This document shows, one piece after another, positions 9,626-23,290 of a DNA stretch of 64,000 nucleotides. The translations under genes were made by a program, and so were the position numbers. The stretch comes from Lama glama. Taxonomy: Eukaryota. Location of the stretch: the NCBI GenBank assembly GCA_028534125.1, contig CM052818.1, forward strand, positions 11,162,001-11,226,000, written 5' to 3'. How positions within the stretch are numbered: position 1 is the first letter of the stretch; every line of letters begins with the position of its first letter. The notes under the pieces are model-generated. The model ran no database searches and was not told the origin of the DNA. It was given only the letters and a program-made list of their open reading frames with translations.

Positions 9626-11269
9626 GAATGATTTACAGTCCTACTTGCCTGTCAGAGACATGCTTAGAAATGTAAAATAAAATAACTCACTCAGGGAGAG
9701 GCCGAGGCCGAGGTTCTGTGCAGGGGTTTGGGCCATTGTCTGAGGGAGTTTCTGAAGCACGAGCAGTGGTGTGGCTTTTTCCCCCTCACACAGTTACCCT
9801 GTTTTGCTGGACTTCTGTATTTGCCATGACCCTACCTGTCCTCCACGCCCAAGGAGCTCTTTGCATCCATCCTGAAGTCATCTGGTGGCCCTCACCTCAG
9901 AGCCCAGCCCCACTTCTCAAATGTTTCCCACCAGCAAGAACTTCCACTGACCACAGTCTGAGTCCACAAACAAGTTTCTGCCCTCTGTTCCGGTGTCATC
10001 TGGTGTCATCACTGGGTTGCAGAGGAGCAGAGCCCAGGGCAGCGGTGAAGCACAGGAACTGAAAGCCGAAGAAAGCAAAGTGAGGGAAAGAGGTGAGACA
10101 GGACAGAAGGTGCACTGCCGGGCCGGCCCCTGCCCAGGAGCCAGAGTCCCTGCTTGCTCCATGTTGTCCACTCGATCCTAAAAGGATGCCGTGTGATGGC
10201 TGTGGCTCACAACACTTGGTTGGTTGGTTGGTGGGAGAAGAGGGTGGATTTATCTGCCAGCTTCTGCCTACCCCCCATTCCAGGCTCATTCCAGGGGGCA
10301 CTAGCTTCCCCACACTCCAGGGCTGTGCACACGAGAGTGCTCAGTGGTCCTGCAGCGTCACGCACAGTGGCATCCACGGGGGCAAAGCCAGGATGGGAGG
10401 AGGCTGTGCATAGACTTGTGCATCCCTGATGTGGTAGCTGTGTGGCCCAGAGCTTCCCAGGTGAGCAGGGATCACCCGAAGTGTCACATGACGGTGTCTG
10501 GGCCATATAAGACGGTCATTTTTTAAAATCCTCAGTTGCCTAAAAGTCGGCACCATGGCACTAGAAGGGTGAACAGTAAGACACTGAACAAGAAGTCCCA
10601 AAGGTTAAGTGCACATTTCCCTGCCCTCCCAGTGCTTTCCCTGGGACGTACCAGGGCCACACGTATCATGGGACAGACATACATAGCATGCTTTATTCAC
10701 TAAATAAGGAACTTTGCTATGAACATCAACTGATGTCAAGTAATAGCCATAGTGTAGGGTCTCTTCCCCCTTCCACAGGGAAAGCAAGGCCTGGAGTCAT
10801 GTCAGCATGTGTTTTGCCCCATGTTACTATTTTCCCACCTCCTCTGCTAGGCAAAGATGTGCTCACTGTATAAACTGAGACCGAACGTATAAAATAGATT
10901 TACAGGATGTTCACAGAATAAACAAACACACACGCCCTGATTAATGATCCAGAGCATAAAGCAGTGGTCCTCGGGCTGCAGGGTGCATCAGAACCACCAG
11001 AAGGTGCTGGTAGAGCAAAGTCACCTGGAAGGGCTGTCGGGACACAGAGCACAGGTGTGTCCAGAGGTTGCCGCTGCTGCTCTACCCTGGGACCGTCCAT
11101 CGAGCACCGGTGACGTAAACTAACCTGGATCTGTCACGTTCAATCAGCTGACTACTAACCCGATGATTATGGAAAAATGTAGCGGTTATTTGATTTTTCT
11201 AGGTAATTTAGGTTTGACCCAAAAAGCTTCTAGTTGAGAATTTTGGCATGAGTGTATTAACCGGTTACA

Positions 11270-11432
11270 TTCAGGGTGTGACCCCAGGACCGGCAGCATA
11301 AGCCTGAGCTGAGAACTTGTCATGAAAGCAAATTCCCAGCCCCAGCCCAAAACCACTGAATCAAAATCTGCATTTTAAAAAGAAACTCTGGGTAATTTGT
11401 GTGCATGTTGAAGTTTGAAAAGCACCGTCCTA
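11270..11432. mobile_element. MER5-like hAT-Charlie MITE
   Basis: gcaaattcccagccccagcccaaaaccactgaatcaaaatctgcattttaa...gaagtttgaaaagcac. Confidence 0.75.
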
Positions 11433-11771
11433 ACCCGTTTTTCCCTTAGTAAGGACAAGGGTGTGGGTACAATTGTGGGGATCTTGTAATACTTCTCCGT
11501 CATCCCTGAGTTCCAGGACAGAAGTAGGATTTGTAAAGATTGCGTTAATTCCAAGACTGCCCTCAGAGCCTTTCAGTGTAGCTTTTTCTTTCTTCTTTAT
11601 AAATTAAATAGTTATTTGCAATTGTGATGAGTCAATACCAAATCCAGACATCATATTTTCTTGCTTCTTGGCTCAAAATCCAGTGGGGTCTGGAACCAGA
11701 AAGGTAAAGGTTAGAGGTCACATCTTCTCTATGATATATCTTTTTGGTGGAGATAGTGATACTATTGAAAT

Positions 11772-11980
11772 CAGAGGCTGACAAACTTGTTCAGTAAAGG
11801 GCCAGATAATGAATGTGGCTTTCTAGGCCATCCAGTCTCCAGTGCAACTTAGCTCTGCTGTGGGCGCGTGTAGCCATGGACTGTACCCAAACCTACAGGT
11901 GACACAGTTCTAATAAAGCTTTCTTACCAAAGCAAGTATGGACCAGGTTTGGTCCATGGGCCATAATTTGCTGGCCCCTG
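11772..11980 (+). mobile_element. MER58-like hAT-Charlie MITE
   Basis: Ends cagaggctgacaaac ... tttgctggcccctg form degenerate TIRs; internal gtaaagggccagata and ccatgggccataa blocks. Confidence 0.8.
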
Positions 11981-11989
11981 TTTTAAATT

Positions 11990-12095
11990 CTTTCAGCCTC
12001 AGTTTCCTGGTGTGTAAAATGGGCTTAGAAAAACCTACCTGGCAGGGTGAGTGTGAAGATTAAGCAGAGTAATGCATGCAGGAGCATTTGGCAAA
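11990..12095 (+). mobile_element. MIR fragment
   Basis: gcctcagtttcctggtgtgtaaaatggg...gtgaagattaa. Confidence 0.75.
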
Positions 12096-13926
12096 AGAGT
12101 CTAATGTGAATTCCCTGCTTCCTTCTCACTTCTCCTACAATTCAGGTGCAGAATAATTCTAATTAACTGACTATTTTGATTAGACAAGTTCCAGTTAATT
12201 CAGTTCCCGCACAGGCACACGCAGACTCCCTCTCTCTGTCTCTCTCTCATGCACTCTCTAGAAGCCAGTGTATCTCTCCAAGCAGTGGTTTCGAGGTGAA
12301 TCTGATCAAAGGGAGGAACAGAGAAAGGGAAAAACTGTTGAATGTTTGACTTGCCTCGTTTCCGATTTCTGTAACTTTTCAGGCTGCCCCGGATCTACGC
12401 GGGCTTTCCTCGCTGTCACATGATGATCAAGCTAAGAAAAATGTAGCGGGGCTCCCTGAAGGCAAATGTTTGCATCTGTACAAGCAGCTGTGACATCCCC
12501 AGGAGGGACAAGCCCGATGAGGAGCCTGGTGAAAATGCAGTGACTGGAGGTGAAAAGACAAAGGACGGGTTAAGAGGGGGACAGAGAAAAGCTCTTCTTA
12601 GGAACGAAGCCTCTAAGGTCAAGGGCAAAGAGGCCAATTGGACTTTTCATCTTGAGACTATGAGTACCCGGGAGAGCTAGCTGATTCAGAAGTGGCTGAA
12701 ATGCACCAGCAGAGCTGGATCTCCCATCACCTTATGATCAGGCAGCTCCTGTGAAAGGGGGCTTGGCTGGTGAGTTTTCACACATAGAATCTGAACTTTG
12801 TCCCGTAGTTTCCTCGTACCCCAGCATGGCTCAGGTCCTGACACCAGAAACTCTGCTGTGTGTACTATCTGGTCATGTTTCCTCATTCTCACTCTCACAT
12901 CCAGCCTCAGCCAAACAGGAGCCATTTTGGTTTGAACAGTCTGGTTTCGAGGCACCCTATACCCCACATTTAAGCCACCACCTTTATTTATTTTTTGGAG
13001 GGGAGATGTTATGTGCTGCTTTTCAAGGTCACAGAGAAATTAAACCAAAGCCCCGTCTCCCTTTCCTTTTCGTGTACCCTGAACCGTTCTAGAGAAATTT
13101 TCTAGAGAAAATAGAGCTTAATTTCTTGGAGGTGTTTTGCTGACAAGAAAATGGAAAGCATGTGTCCCAGCTTCGCTTATTGTACTCCCAAGTAATGAAA
13201 GTATTTAAGAAGGTACAATTATGATCTTGGCAAGCACCTGGGGCTCTTAGAACTGTTTTTTCACACTGAATAAACACTGCAGATAATCTGTTTATGTTAC
13301 ACCGTTCTGAAAAGCTATCTACAACAAAAGGCCACAACCTTCCTTTCGTTTCCTTTTCTTGAAAGAAAAAAATATATTTATTGCACTAATAATTTGCTGA
13401 AAATGATTTCATTGTCTCCATGTTCACTCGAGCCAGACAGAAACAGGTTTTAGTAAAGGGGTTTATGAGTTTCTTTTTTTCTTGCCACTTTTAACTGAAC
13501 AGAGTGATCCTTTTTTTTTTTCTCCCTAGTTACCTGAAATTCTTTTTCTACCCTGGTGTCTGAGAATCACTTGCTTGTCCTGAAAAATTAACTCTAACCC
13601 TCCTTTGAATAAGGTACCCCCAGTTCACTTCATCCTCTCAACCCGGTTGACTGTAATTAAATGATACCCTTAGTTTCTTGCAAACCTGGGACAGCACCAG
13701 AAAAAGAGCACACTGCCCATTTCTCTTCAGGCTGAAAAACAAGAGGAAATGGTAAAGAGTCACTGAGTTTGAAACACTAGCCAGAAAAATGCATGTCTGC
13801 AGCTTGACCTGGTCAAAACCTTTAAATTGTAGAGGTGCTATGGAGAATTATTCCCCCAGTGTAATAGAATACACCAGGAAACCTAGAAAGTGAATGCAGG
13901 AAGGAAAGAATCGACGGGAAGTTCAC

Positions 13927-14204
13927 CTGTTTTGCAGTGGTTTGAGATTCCGTGAGCAAGTCGCACACAGGAGAGGAGACTAGGCCCCACCCCGCCACGT
14001 CTGAGGGGGTCTGGTCCTCGCACGCGGAGTGGCTGGCCAGCAGCCCAGCAATTCAGGACAACCGCTTTCCATGTCGGGCCCCCAGTGCTGCATGCTGCAG
14101 GCGCGGGTGGCCTTGCTCCTTTCCGGGTCCGAGTGAGTCGCGTCTTGTGATTCCCGCCCCACGTGCTGTCAGGAGGTGAGAAAGGATGGGTGAGATGGGG
14201 AACC
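13927..14204 (-). promoter_or_regulatory. CpG-rich promoter-like region with possible first exon
   Basis: High CpG density; GC box cccgcccc and E-box CACGTG at 14153-14165; minus-strand donor CAG|GTGAAC at 13927/13926; truncated by the gap. Confidence 0.45.
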
Positions 14205-14704
14205 NNNNNNNNNNNNNNNNNNNNNNNNNNNNNNNNNNNNNNNNNNNNNNNNNNNNNNNNNNNNNNNNNNNNNNNNNNNNNNNNNNNNNNNNNNNNNNNN
14301 NNNNNNNNNNNNNNNNNNNNNNNNNNNNNNNNNNNNNNNNNNNNNNNNNNNNNNNNNNNNNNNNNNNNNNNNNNNNNNNNNNNNNNNNNNNNNNNNNNNN
14401 NNNNNNNNNNNNNNNNNNNNNNNNNNNNNNNNNNNNNNNNNNNNNNNNNNNNNNNNNNNNNNNNNNNNNNNNNNNNNNNNNNNNNNNNNNNNNNNNNNNN
14501 NNNNNNNNNNNNNNNNNNNNNNNNNNNNNNNNNNNNNNNNNNNNNNNNNNNNNNNNNNNNNNNNNNNNNNNNNNNNNNNNNNNNNNNNNNNNNNNNNNNN
14601 NNNNNNNNNNNNNNNNNNNNNNNNNNNNNNNNNNNNNNNNNNNNNNNNNNNNNNNNNNNNNNNNNNNNNNNNNNNNNNNNNNNNNNNNNNNNNNNNNNNN
14701 NNNN
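14205..14704. other. Assembly gap (500 N)
   Basis: Run of exactly 500 n. Confidence 1.
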
Positions 14705-15010
14705 AGAAGGCTGCTCTGCATCCGAAGCTCCACCTTCCTTCTCAGTCGTCACTTTGCCATCTCCAGGGTGTTACTCTTGTTCACAGTCCAAGGTGACTTA
14801 CCACCACATCACACTCCAGAAGGCAGAGAAAGGGAACAAGACGCACATCTCTTTTCTTTAAGGACACATCCTAGGAATCGGTGACCTCACTTTCCCCAGC
14901 ATACGGCTGGTTGGTCAGCATTTAGTCCCACGGCCATACCTCGTTGTAAAGGAGACCGGGAAACGTAGTTTTTATTCCAGGCAACCACATGGCCAGCTGA
15001 AAATCTGGCG
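14705..15010 (-). mobile_element. MLT1-type LTR fragment
   Basis: tggtcagcatttagtcccacggccatacctcgttgtaaaggagaccgggaaacgtagt is the reverse-oriented old MLT1 pattern. Confidence 0.65.
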
Positions 15011-15019
15011 CCTCCTCTT

Positions 15020-16190
15020 TCTTTATCTTTGGTTTTCAGTACTTTGATTTTGATGTACCTTTGCACATTTTTTTCCCATATTTCTTCTGTTTGAAATTTT
15101 CTAAGCTATTTGATTCTGAAAATTCGTCAGTTGCTCAACGTTGCTACTTTCTACCCATTATTTCTATGAATAGCTTTCCTAGCCCATTCTTTTCTCCCTG
15201 AGACTCCAATCACATGTATTACATCACCTGCCTCTCAGTCTGCTTATTTGTTTAAGTGTTTTATTTCCTCTGTTTTTCAGATTGAATCATATCTGTTGAC
15301 CTGTCTGCAAATCCAGCTCTCCTTAGTTGTCTCTGTTCTTAAGCCATTCAGTTACATTTTTATTTCATAGTTTTTTAGTTCTAAATTTTCTGTTTGATTC
15401 CTTTTTAAGTTTTTATATCTGCTGAGCCCCACTATCTCTTCACAAATCACAAGCATATTGTCCTCTGCAATGTTGTGCATAATTGTAATTGTCTGTCCCA
15501 TCATCCTGGTCATCAGACGGGCAGTTTTCATAGATTGTGTTTTATCTTAAGAGGGGGTCTCATTTTCCTGGTTCTTCATATGTCAAGTAATTTTGAAGTG
15601 TATTCTGAACATTGTAAATATTTTGTTTATGAAGATATTGGATTCTCTTATATCCCTCCAGAGAGATGCTTTTTTTTGTTAGTTAAGGAGGCAGTTAAGA
15701 ATTCAAATCAAATTCAAATCAAAAATTGTCTCTTTGGTTGCAGGTCGAATCCCAGTTCAATTCTTTAATATTTTGTGGGATTCTGTAACGGCCATGTATT
15801 GTTTAGAGTAAAGGCAGAGATTTATGCACAGAAATTGGGGTTTCCCCTCTTTGCCTCCCTCCTTCCTTAGATGGACTCCTACTTCCAGTCACTTATTTGC
15901 CTCAAACTCTTTCTTCGGTCCTTTTATGTCAGAAAGCCCATAGGTCTTCTGTCAGAGTTTTAAGTGCCCTACTCAGTGCAGCTGTGGCTTGCCCTCAGTC
16001 TAAAACCCATACAAAATTGGCAAATCAACCTGCCATTCTCTTTTCATAATGTGTTTCCCTCCAGCACCCACCTGCTTCGTTCAGTCTCCAGTGCCTCTGA
16101 GTCATTGTCTACTGTGTCCATGATTTATAGATGTTATCTGAGAGGGGATCAGCCGGTAGAAGTTTATTCTGCCATATGGAAACAAGTCTG
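15020..16190 (-). mobile_element. Old L1 (L1M-type) 5'/ORF1-region fragment
   Basis: T-rich degenerate L1 antisense sequence (gagactccaatcacatgta, ttttttagttctaaattttc, ctcattttcctggttcttcatatgtc). Confidence 0.65.
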
Positions 16191-16919
16191 AACTTTTGAC
16201 TGCACGGAAAGGGGAGGACACTTACTGGGGTACACCAGCAGTCTCTACCCACAGTGGCCTTTTCTATATCTGTGCTTCTCTTAGAGGACACACTTTTACT
16301 TTTGTATCATTCTCAATTTCCCAAAGAAATTGACCACTGAGTACTTCACGATGTGACACAAAGGCTTGCTTGCTTTGTGATGCATGTGTTTCCCAAATGT
16401 GGTATATAAAATTAATTACTTTTTTAATAAAAATTTTAAAAGTTTTATCTTGTATATGACAGTCGGCTAGCTTAGGAAATGCAATTTCTTTCTATGTACA
16501 GGATGGTTTAACTGTTCAGATAGAACATACTAGCTAATAATTAGTCTCAGAGCCAATCTTAAGCACAACCAGGGTTTAAAGACCAAGACTCTTGACGTTG
16601 CTAACGTTGAAATGATATACCCAGGCTAAGAGCAAATATTAGCTCTTCCACATAATGGCTTATTGTTAATAGCAGTACATCAAACAAATCAGCACTAGAG
16701 CTCTGCCTACTACATGTTGAGCACTGTTATGGTGGATCAAAACGCCTTTGTTCCTGTGTTGTCCCTCAGAAAGAATCTGCAGTCTTCTTTGAGAAACTGA
16801 CAATATGTTTCTGTTTTTGACCTGCAACCACAGACAGAATACGTTATAAATCGCAATTTTGAGGACCAAAAGCACAATGTAGTACTTGGTGTGATATTTG
16901 CATATGTCCCAAAGAATTC

Positions 16920-17002
16920 CTTTCCTCCTCCCTCCCTCCCTCCTTTCTGTTCTTCCTTCTTTCTTCCCTATCTTTCTTCCCTCTCTCCTTCCTTTTCTTT
17001 GT
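16920..17002. repeat. Polypyrimidine low-complexity tract ((CCTT)/(CCCT)-like)
   Basis: About 80 nt of almost pure C/T. Confidence 0.85.
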
Positions 17003-17654
17003 TACAGGAGTTGCACGGGGCAGGCAGGTGGAAGTGTGAAGCTCATTTTCATGAGAGATATGACTATGAAAGATAAAAATATAATATTTCTTGGTAAAAT
17101 ATTTTTATTTTACTATAGATTTATGAGCCCATCTTTTTTGTAGTGGAACCATTCCAAAGTATGGAAAATTGAAGTGAAAAGTATTCATTTTATTTCAGAG
17201 AAAAATAAGCAAGCATGATAAAAGAATAAATACTAAAACACAGATATTTGAAAAACATAGAACAAATAATACATCTCTTTTTTAATGCCTTTAATCCAAT
17301 GATAATCTACCATTGGAAGTGGAGTACTGTATAGTGCTCAGAAATCTGTAAACTCAACAAGGAATGTATGAATAACTAAATGTATAAGTGGGAGTGTGAG
17401 AACTTTAAATGTTAAAAAAAAGTACCCATTTTCAAAGAGAAATGGGGCCTACTGCACTCGAGTATAACCTTTTTGGGTGGGGGGGCATAGTCAAGAAATA
17501 AGGTCTAATTAACAGGAATTTAAAACAGATTTTTGAAGAATTAAAAAAAAAAAAACCGGGAGCATGTAGCCAAAAAATAGAGGTTTATTTTGTATTCATG
17601 ACTTGAAAATACCTCCTGACTTTGTAACATCAATGCTCACAATTCTGAGTCTGG

Positions 17655-17890
17655 ACAGCAGAGTGGTTAAGAGCCAAGATATTAGATTCTCTTCTACCAA
17701 TTATGAGCTCTGTTATTTGGGGCAAAGTATTGACAAACTTAGTGCCTTAGAGTTTTTTTCCTCTGTGAAATGGGTTTAATAAGCCTATTACATTGGGTTG
17801 CTAGAAAAAGTAAATTATTTAATACATATAAAGAAGTAAGAACATATCTGGGACATAATGAGGACTATTTCATGTTACCAACTATTACTA
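17655..17890 (+). mobile_element. Near full-length MIR
   Basis: cagcagagtggttaagagc...ggggcaaagtatt...ctctgtgaaatggg...tggacataatgagg. Confidence 0.75.
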
Positions 17891-19639
17891 TTCCAATAAA
17901 TTATACTGAAGCTAGGCATTTGGGTTACTTCTATTTTGTATCCTGAGATTCCATTTAAACAACTTCTTATACTAGTGTCAGTTAATATATGTAGTATTTG
18001 CTTTGTAGAAAGCAGACTGTAGGCCATTTACCTGCAAGAAGCATCAGTTCTAACCTTTCCTCCATCACTGACTGGCTATATGTCTATGGACAAGCCCCTT
18101 TACGTCACATGAGGCATATTGGATTCCTCATCTGTAAAATACTGAACCTAAGATTACTAGCAGGTCGGGTTTGTGTTCTGTTCATCAGGGCCTAGCACCA
18201 TGCCTGAAACATAATGTTATTAAATAACAGTAGTTGAAATAAAGAATAATAACATCTTGCCTGCATGACTATGAGACACTGAATGAAATACTCTCATGAG
18301 TATTCCTTGCAATTCTAAGATTTATGACTACTTATTAGACATTTCTAATGGATAGAAATTAAATTTGACTGTTTCATTTTAAATAATAATGATTTTCAAA
18401 ACATAATGTGTTAGCCTTTACCAACCAATCCTCAGCTGATGGTGAGCATTAAATTTTTTTCTGGTGTGAGAGATGAGCCTCAAATAACATACAATATGTT
18501 TCCTGGTCCTCATAGTTACAAAGAACATGGCTTAGGTATAAATGTACAATTTCTGGTCAAGAAAGAAGGTCTTTTCTGTTGCAGATCTAATAAGCCTAAG
18601 CAAGATTTTAATGTCCTCTCATGTTGCATCTTCAGAGCATGGCCTGTCGGTCCCTGCCACAGGAATACTGACCTCTTACCCATTACTGACTGCCAGAAAG
18701 GAATAGATCTCGTGTGCCTGGGTCATGTATGAACTCCATGCAGCAGTAGTGGTGCTGAAGTCAGTCTGAATAATGTGCTTGACATGTGCACGTGTGTGTG
18801 CACAAACAGCCACACACACACACATGCACACACACACACACATTTCTAGTCAATGTGTAAACAAAAATGCAAAAAGGCTTGCTCTCCTATCCTTAAAAAA
18901 ATATATATATAACATCACTCCTTCTTAAAAGCTGATGGTCCTCTAAATGATTCTAGGACCAGAGAGAAATCTGAGAGGCAGCAATAGAGCCTCTCCTTAT
19001 AAGATGCTAAATACTGTGGTTTTAATCTTTGGTACCATACTAGGACGTTTGATGATTAGAAGTGTTAAGGGTCTTAGGAGCACCATTACTTCAAACACAT
19101 GACGGGGGAGACGGGGAGGCATACAGGAACCAACTCATAGCAGGTTTCTTGCTCATGTGATCAACCATTCGTGTACTCACTTACTTATACAGTCAGTCAG
19201 TCATTATTTACTCAATATCCTGCCCATCCATTTCCTCTAAATACAAGGTGTATAAGCATCACTTTTTCTTCATGCCCTTAAGAATTTTCCAGAACATTAG
19301 AAAAATGAAGCTTGGTGATATTTGTGTGATTTTCCTGAAGTTTCAGTGAGTACTTCTAGCGAAAGCCTAGATGTTTGTCCAACAAAACCATTCAAAAGTG
19401 TGATGTCGATGTTATACCGTAAGTTAGAAAGATGTTAGTAACACACAGTAAATGAAAAATACACGTAACAGTTGATTTTTCTGTATGGTTGGATTAAATT
19501 TTTTCTTAAAAATTAGGAAAAAAATTTGCTCATTGGTATTTTTGACAATTAACCTTTTTAAAAAAATTCCTTAGTATTTAAAAGGCTTCTTCATTCATTC
19601 ATGGAGCCATCATTTCATACTCCAACATATATCCTCTAT

Positions 19640-20830
19640 TTTAAATGTATAAATAAATAAATAACAAGTAAGCAAATCTTAAACTTTGTAGAAAGATAAG
19701 ATATTTTACCCAAAGGAGATGACAGATTTTTGACAGCAGGTTTTTTTTTTTTATCAGAAACAGTTGAGGCCAAAAGAAGTGAATTCTTGTTTTTCAATGG
19801 ATTCACAGAAATTAACTGTTAATTCTTGAATTTTATGCCTACCTATACTATCTTTCAAAAATAAGGACAAACTAAATATATTTTTAGATATAGAAAAACT
19901 AAGAGTGCTTTTTCCCACATTGTCCCTTATTAAAAGAGTATTTAAATATATGCTTTGGTAAAAACAAAATAAAATCTAAAATGAAATAAGCCATAAGAAA
20001 GGTTTGGGGGGAAAAAACTAAACTGTGAAGAGCACAGAGTTGATTGAAGTTATGAGATAATTTAAGTCTGTATTGATTGCTTTCTTAAATCCTTGTTTTT
20101 AGGTTAATATAAGTAAAACAATGACTCTAGACAATAAAATCAAGAAGAGTGGGATGTTTAATGTTAAATTATACTAAAATTATTTTACTATAAAACAAAA
20201 AAAATTTAAATTGAGTTGCTGTAGATACATTTTTAAAATTATAGTCATGAAAATATGTTTAAAAATTAACAGCACTCATTAAGTGGACTTAAATGCAACG
20301 CATATATTCCAAATCATCTCAGGGAAAAAAAGTACATGGTGAATCTTGGAGAGGAATATAAAAAATATCTTTAATCTGAAAGAAAGTTGGAATGAAGAAG
20401 AAAACAAAGAAGATGGTAAATAACAAACACAATGTATGATGGAATAAATAACCCAAACCATACAGTAATCACAGTCAATGCAAATGGTACGTGCAAACAC
20501 ACAGTAAGGACATGAAGTCTACAATGAAAGAGGTTGTCAGAGAAGGTTAAAAGGATGAAGTTATATGTTACTTGAAAGAGATCTCCTAAGCAAGCCACAG
20601 TGAAAGGTTAAAGATAAAAAGGGAAAAAAATATGCACAGTGTAAATAATAGCCCAAATGAAGGTGGTAGCAATATTACACAACAAAATAAAATTTAAGGG
20701 AAAAAAGTCCTAATAAGTTTAAGAAGACTACATATTGTGTTAATAAGGAGCAATCTACCCAAAAGTTACAGCAACCACGAAGCCTGTTCACCTAACAGCA
20801 AAGCCAAGAAGTTCTGCAAAAGGAAAAAAT
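19640..20830 (+). mobile_element. Old L1 fragment (end of ORF1 to start of ORF2), degenerate
   Basis: A-rich; tcagaaacagttgaggccaaaag, caatgcaaatgg...aagaggttgtcagag, aaggttaaagataaaaaggg resemble the L1 ORF1 end and endonuclease start. Confidence 0.65.
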
Positions 20831-22829
20831 ACCCAAGTTGCAGACACACAGTACAGTGTCTGTTGTGTGTCCAGGCTCACGGTCAGTGCTGGAGCGTCCC
20901 AGCTTGCAGCTACCTTCAACCTACGGCTGGTGTGGATACTTGGATTGGAAGGAGAGAAGACATTTTCAGCCTGATGCTTATGGGGAAAATCTGTTCCCCA
21001 CTATAGGATAGAGATGGGGTGAGACAGTGAAAAGCAGAGAGAAAGGAAAAGAGGGGAGGGAAGGAAGAGGAAAGAGGAGGTGGCTCTCATGCAAACAGAT
21101 GAAACAAACTTTTCATGAAGCTTCTTAAATATGCCACTGTAACCCCATGCTAATGTGCCCTGCCATTAAGGTGACTTCATCCCTGCTGGAGAGCACAGCT
21201 GATAGTTAGGTGATGTCTGGCTGCGGAAAGCATGAAATATTTAATCGGGACATGCTTGGTATTGGATACAACTCCTAACACTCTTGGCCTTGCCAGATGT
21301 TCATTTCCCTCTCCCTGCCCTTCTCTCCATCTGAGCCGCACTCAGTTAAAGGAGTCTTTGGAATGCAGGCTCCAAGGCATTAGCTACAGACTGTCATCTT
21401 TGGTGAAATACATGCAGAATGTATGATTGGCCTCCCTCCATTCAAGTTCAAGGCCCATGCTAAAACAACACTGCCCAGACCAATTTCAGAGTCCCTTCAA
21501 GTTTGCTTTATAAACTATCACATCAAAGAAAAATAGACAACTCAGCTGAAAATGAAATCAAAGCTGGCCTGGAACATAGATGTGGACTTGGAAGGTCAAG
21601 CTGATATTAAGCCAGCAGATGAGTTCGATTTCTGGAGAGCAGAGGTGGGTATTGCTGTGTTTTGGGAACTGAGTACCTATGCTCAGAATACATAGTTCTT
21701 TTCTTTCAACTACCTTGAGATGTCCAGGCATGCAAATATGTGCTCTGGTAAACTCCAGGCATCATTTGAAAGCCGCTGAAGAAATACCACTACAGAAAAA
21801 TGGGCCCCACACACATTTGGAGGGTCCTGGCCTGACCACTTCAGTGAGAAAGATAGCATTAGCAAATGTTTCACCTTGCAGGTAAGGAAGCAGAAGCTTG
21901 GAGAGGTTAAGTGACTTACTCAAAAACACTCCAGCTGGTTGCTTAGTAATAGAACTAGTACTAGGCTGAAGCTCCTAACTCACAAGAGTGGTCAGTGGGG
22001 GGAAAAAGTCATTATAATGCAGCTAGCTAATTTGCTTGATCCTCAGAAAGGCATTCAGGACATTCAGGTAACGATTGGACTAGATTCATTTGATGCACAC
22101 ACTCGTTCACATTCTTGCCTTGTGCACATGGCGACAAAGCAAGGAGTAAGTGCAGGCTGGGGTTAAGCGCTCCATCTGAATATGATTCATTATGTCAATA
22201 AGGCAGTTGGCTAATGGTTTTAGTTTCAAAATGAAGTCTTTTGAGTTTTATAGCCAGCTTCAGCTACTGTTTCAAAAGACCCTTGATAGCATTTCAGAGT
22301 TAAACCATACTTCAAAAGTCCTCAACGTTCAGCTAGAAATACAGCACCAGCATCGGGACATTCTGATTCTGGGTTGGGTTCCTTGGGAATAGGAGATGTT
22401 TAGCAAGAAAGCCCTTAAACGCTTATAGGCTTTGGATTCACTATTGAAATGCAAGCCAGACATAGAGCCAAGTCAGCAAAATAATGATTACTGCAAATGG
22501 GTGTGCTAAGTTGGGTTGTTAGCAATTTATCCAAATTAAGAGTTGGGGCTTTATCATAATCACTTGAGAAGTATGCCATTCACAGCATCATTTATTTTCA
22601 CATGTGATGCTCATCCTAATTTCTAAGTTTACCACCATCCCCTTCCGAAATATAAACATATAGTCTACTCAGAGCTCACTTAGAAGAGTTCTCTCAAGTT
22701 AGAAGGTAAATCTGAAATAGAGTACAACATCTTTTTTTCTTTCAGGAAGCCCTCCAAATTTTCAGTTTTTATTTAGATTTTAAGAGTCTTTAGGCATGTG
22801 TTCCTTCTCATTATTTTGGTATTATACAC

Positions 22830-23290
22830 GGTCATAGTCAAAGGCAGTGATAGCATGCTCAAATAGGATATTTAAAGAAAGTTTAATAAAGGAACAATTA
22901 AAAAGGCAGGGATATGGGAAACTTAAACATTTGTTATACTGTGGGACTGGCAATATTTGGGATTAATTACCACTCCTGAGCCTGAATTGGCAAAGGGAGT
23001 CAGTGGTGATGAAACCCAGAGAGGCCGGCCACAGCAGGGGAGAAGGCTGGCCAACAGGAGCTGTAGTTCCCAGGAGTGAAACACAGTCGACCCCGGGTGA
23101 CCCAGTGGAAAGGGAGCTGACAGAAAAAATGCCCACCCCACTCTCACCTGCCTTCAGATTTCCTGCTGGTGCTTCCCATTAGCCAAAAGCAACTATAAGC
23201 CAGAGGGTAAGGAGTTCAGTGAAATGGTCCATGTATCATATTTCCCTGCCCAGAGCAGAGTGGATAGTGGATCAAGGCAGGGATGGAGGG
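22830..23290. mobile_element. Ancient LTR-like element (family uncertain)
   Basis: ctcaaataggatatttaaagaaagtttaataaagg ... cctgctggtgcttcccattagccaaa...ccagagggtaagg resembles old ERV/Gypsy-type LTR consensus blocks. Confidence 0.45.

Noticed and set aside
10285..10303. CTCF-like ccagggggcacta (similar at about 30747-30765)
   Set aside because: Mismatch at the near-invariant 5' C of the core motif; no other support.
13883..14884. 226-289 aa ORFs
   Set aside because: Artefacts of translating through the N gap.
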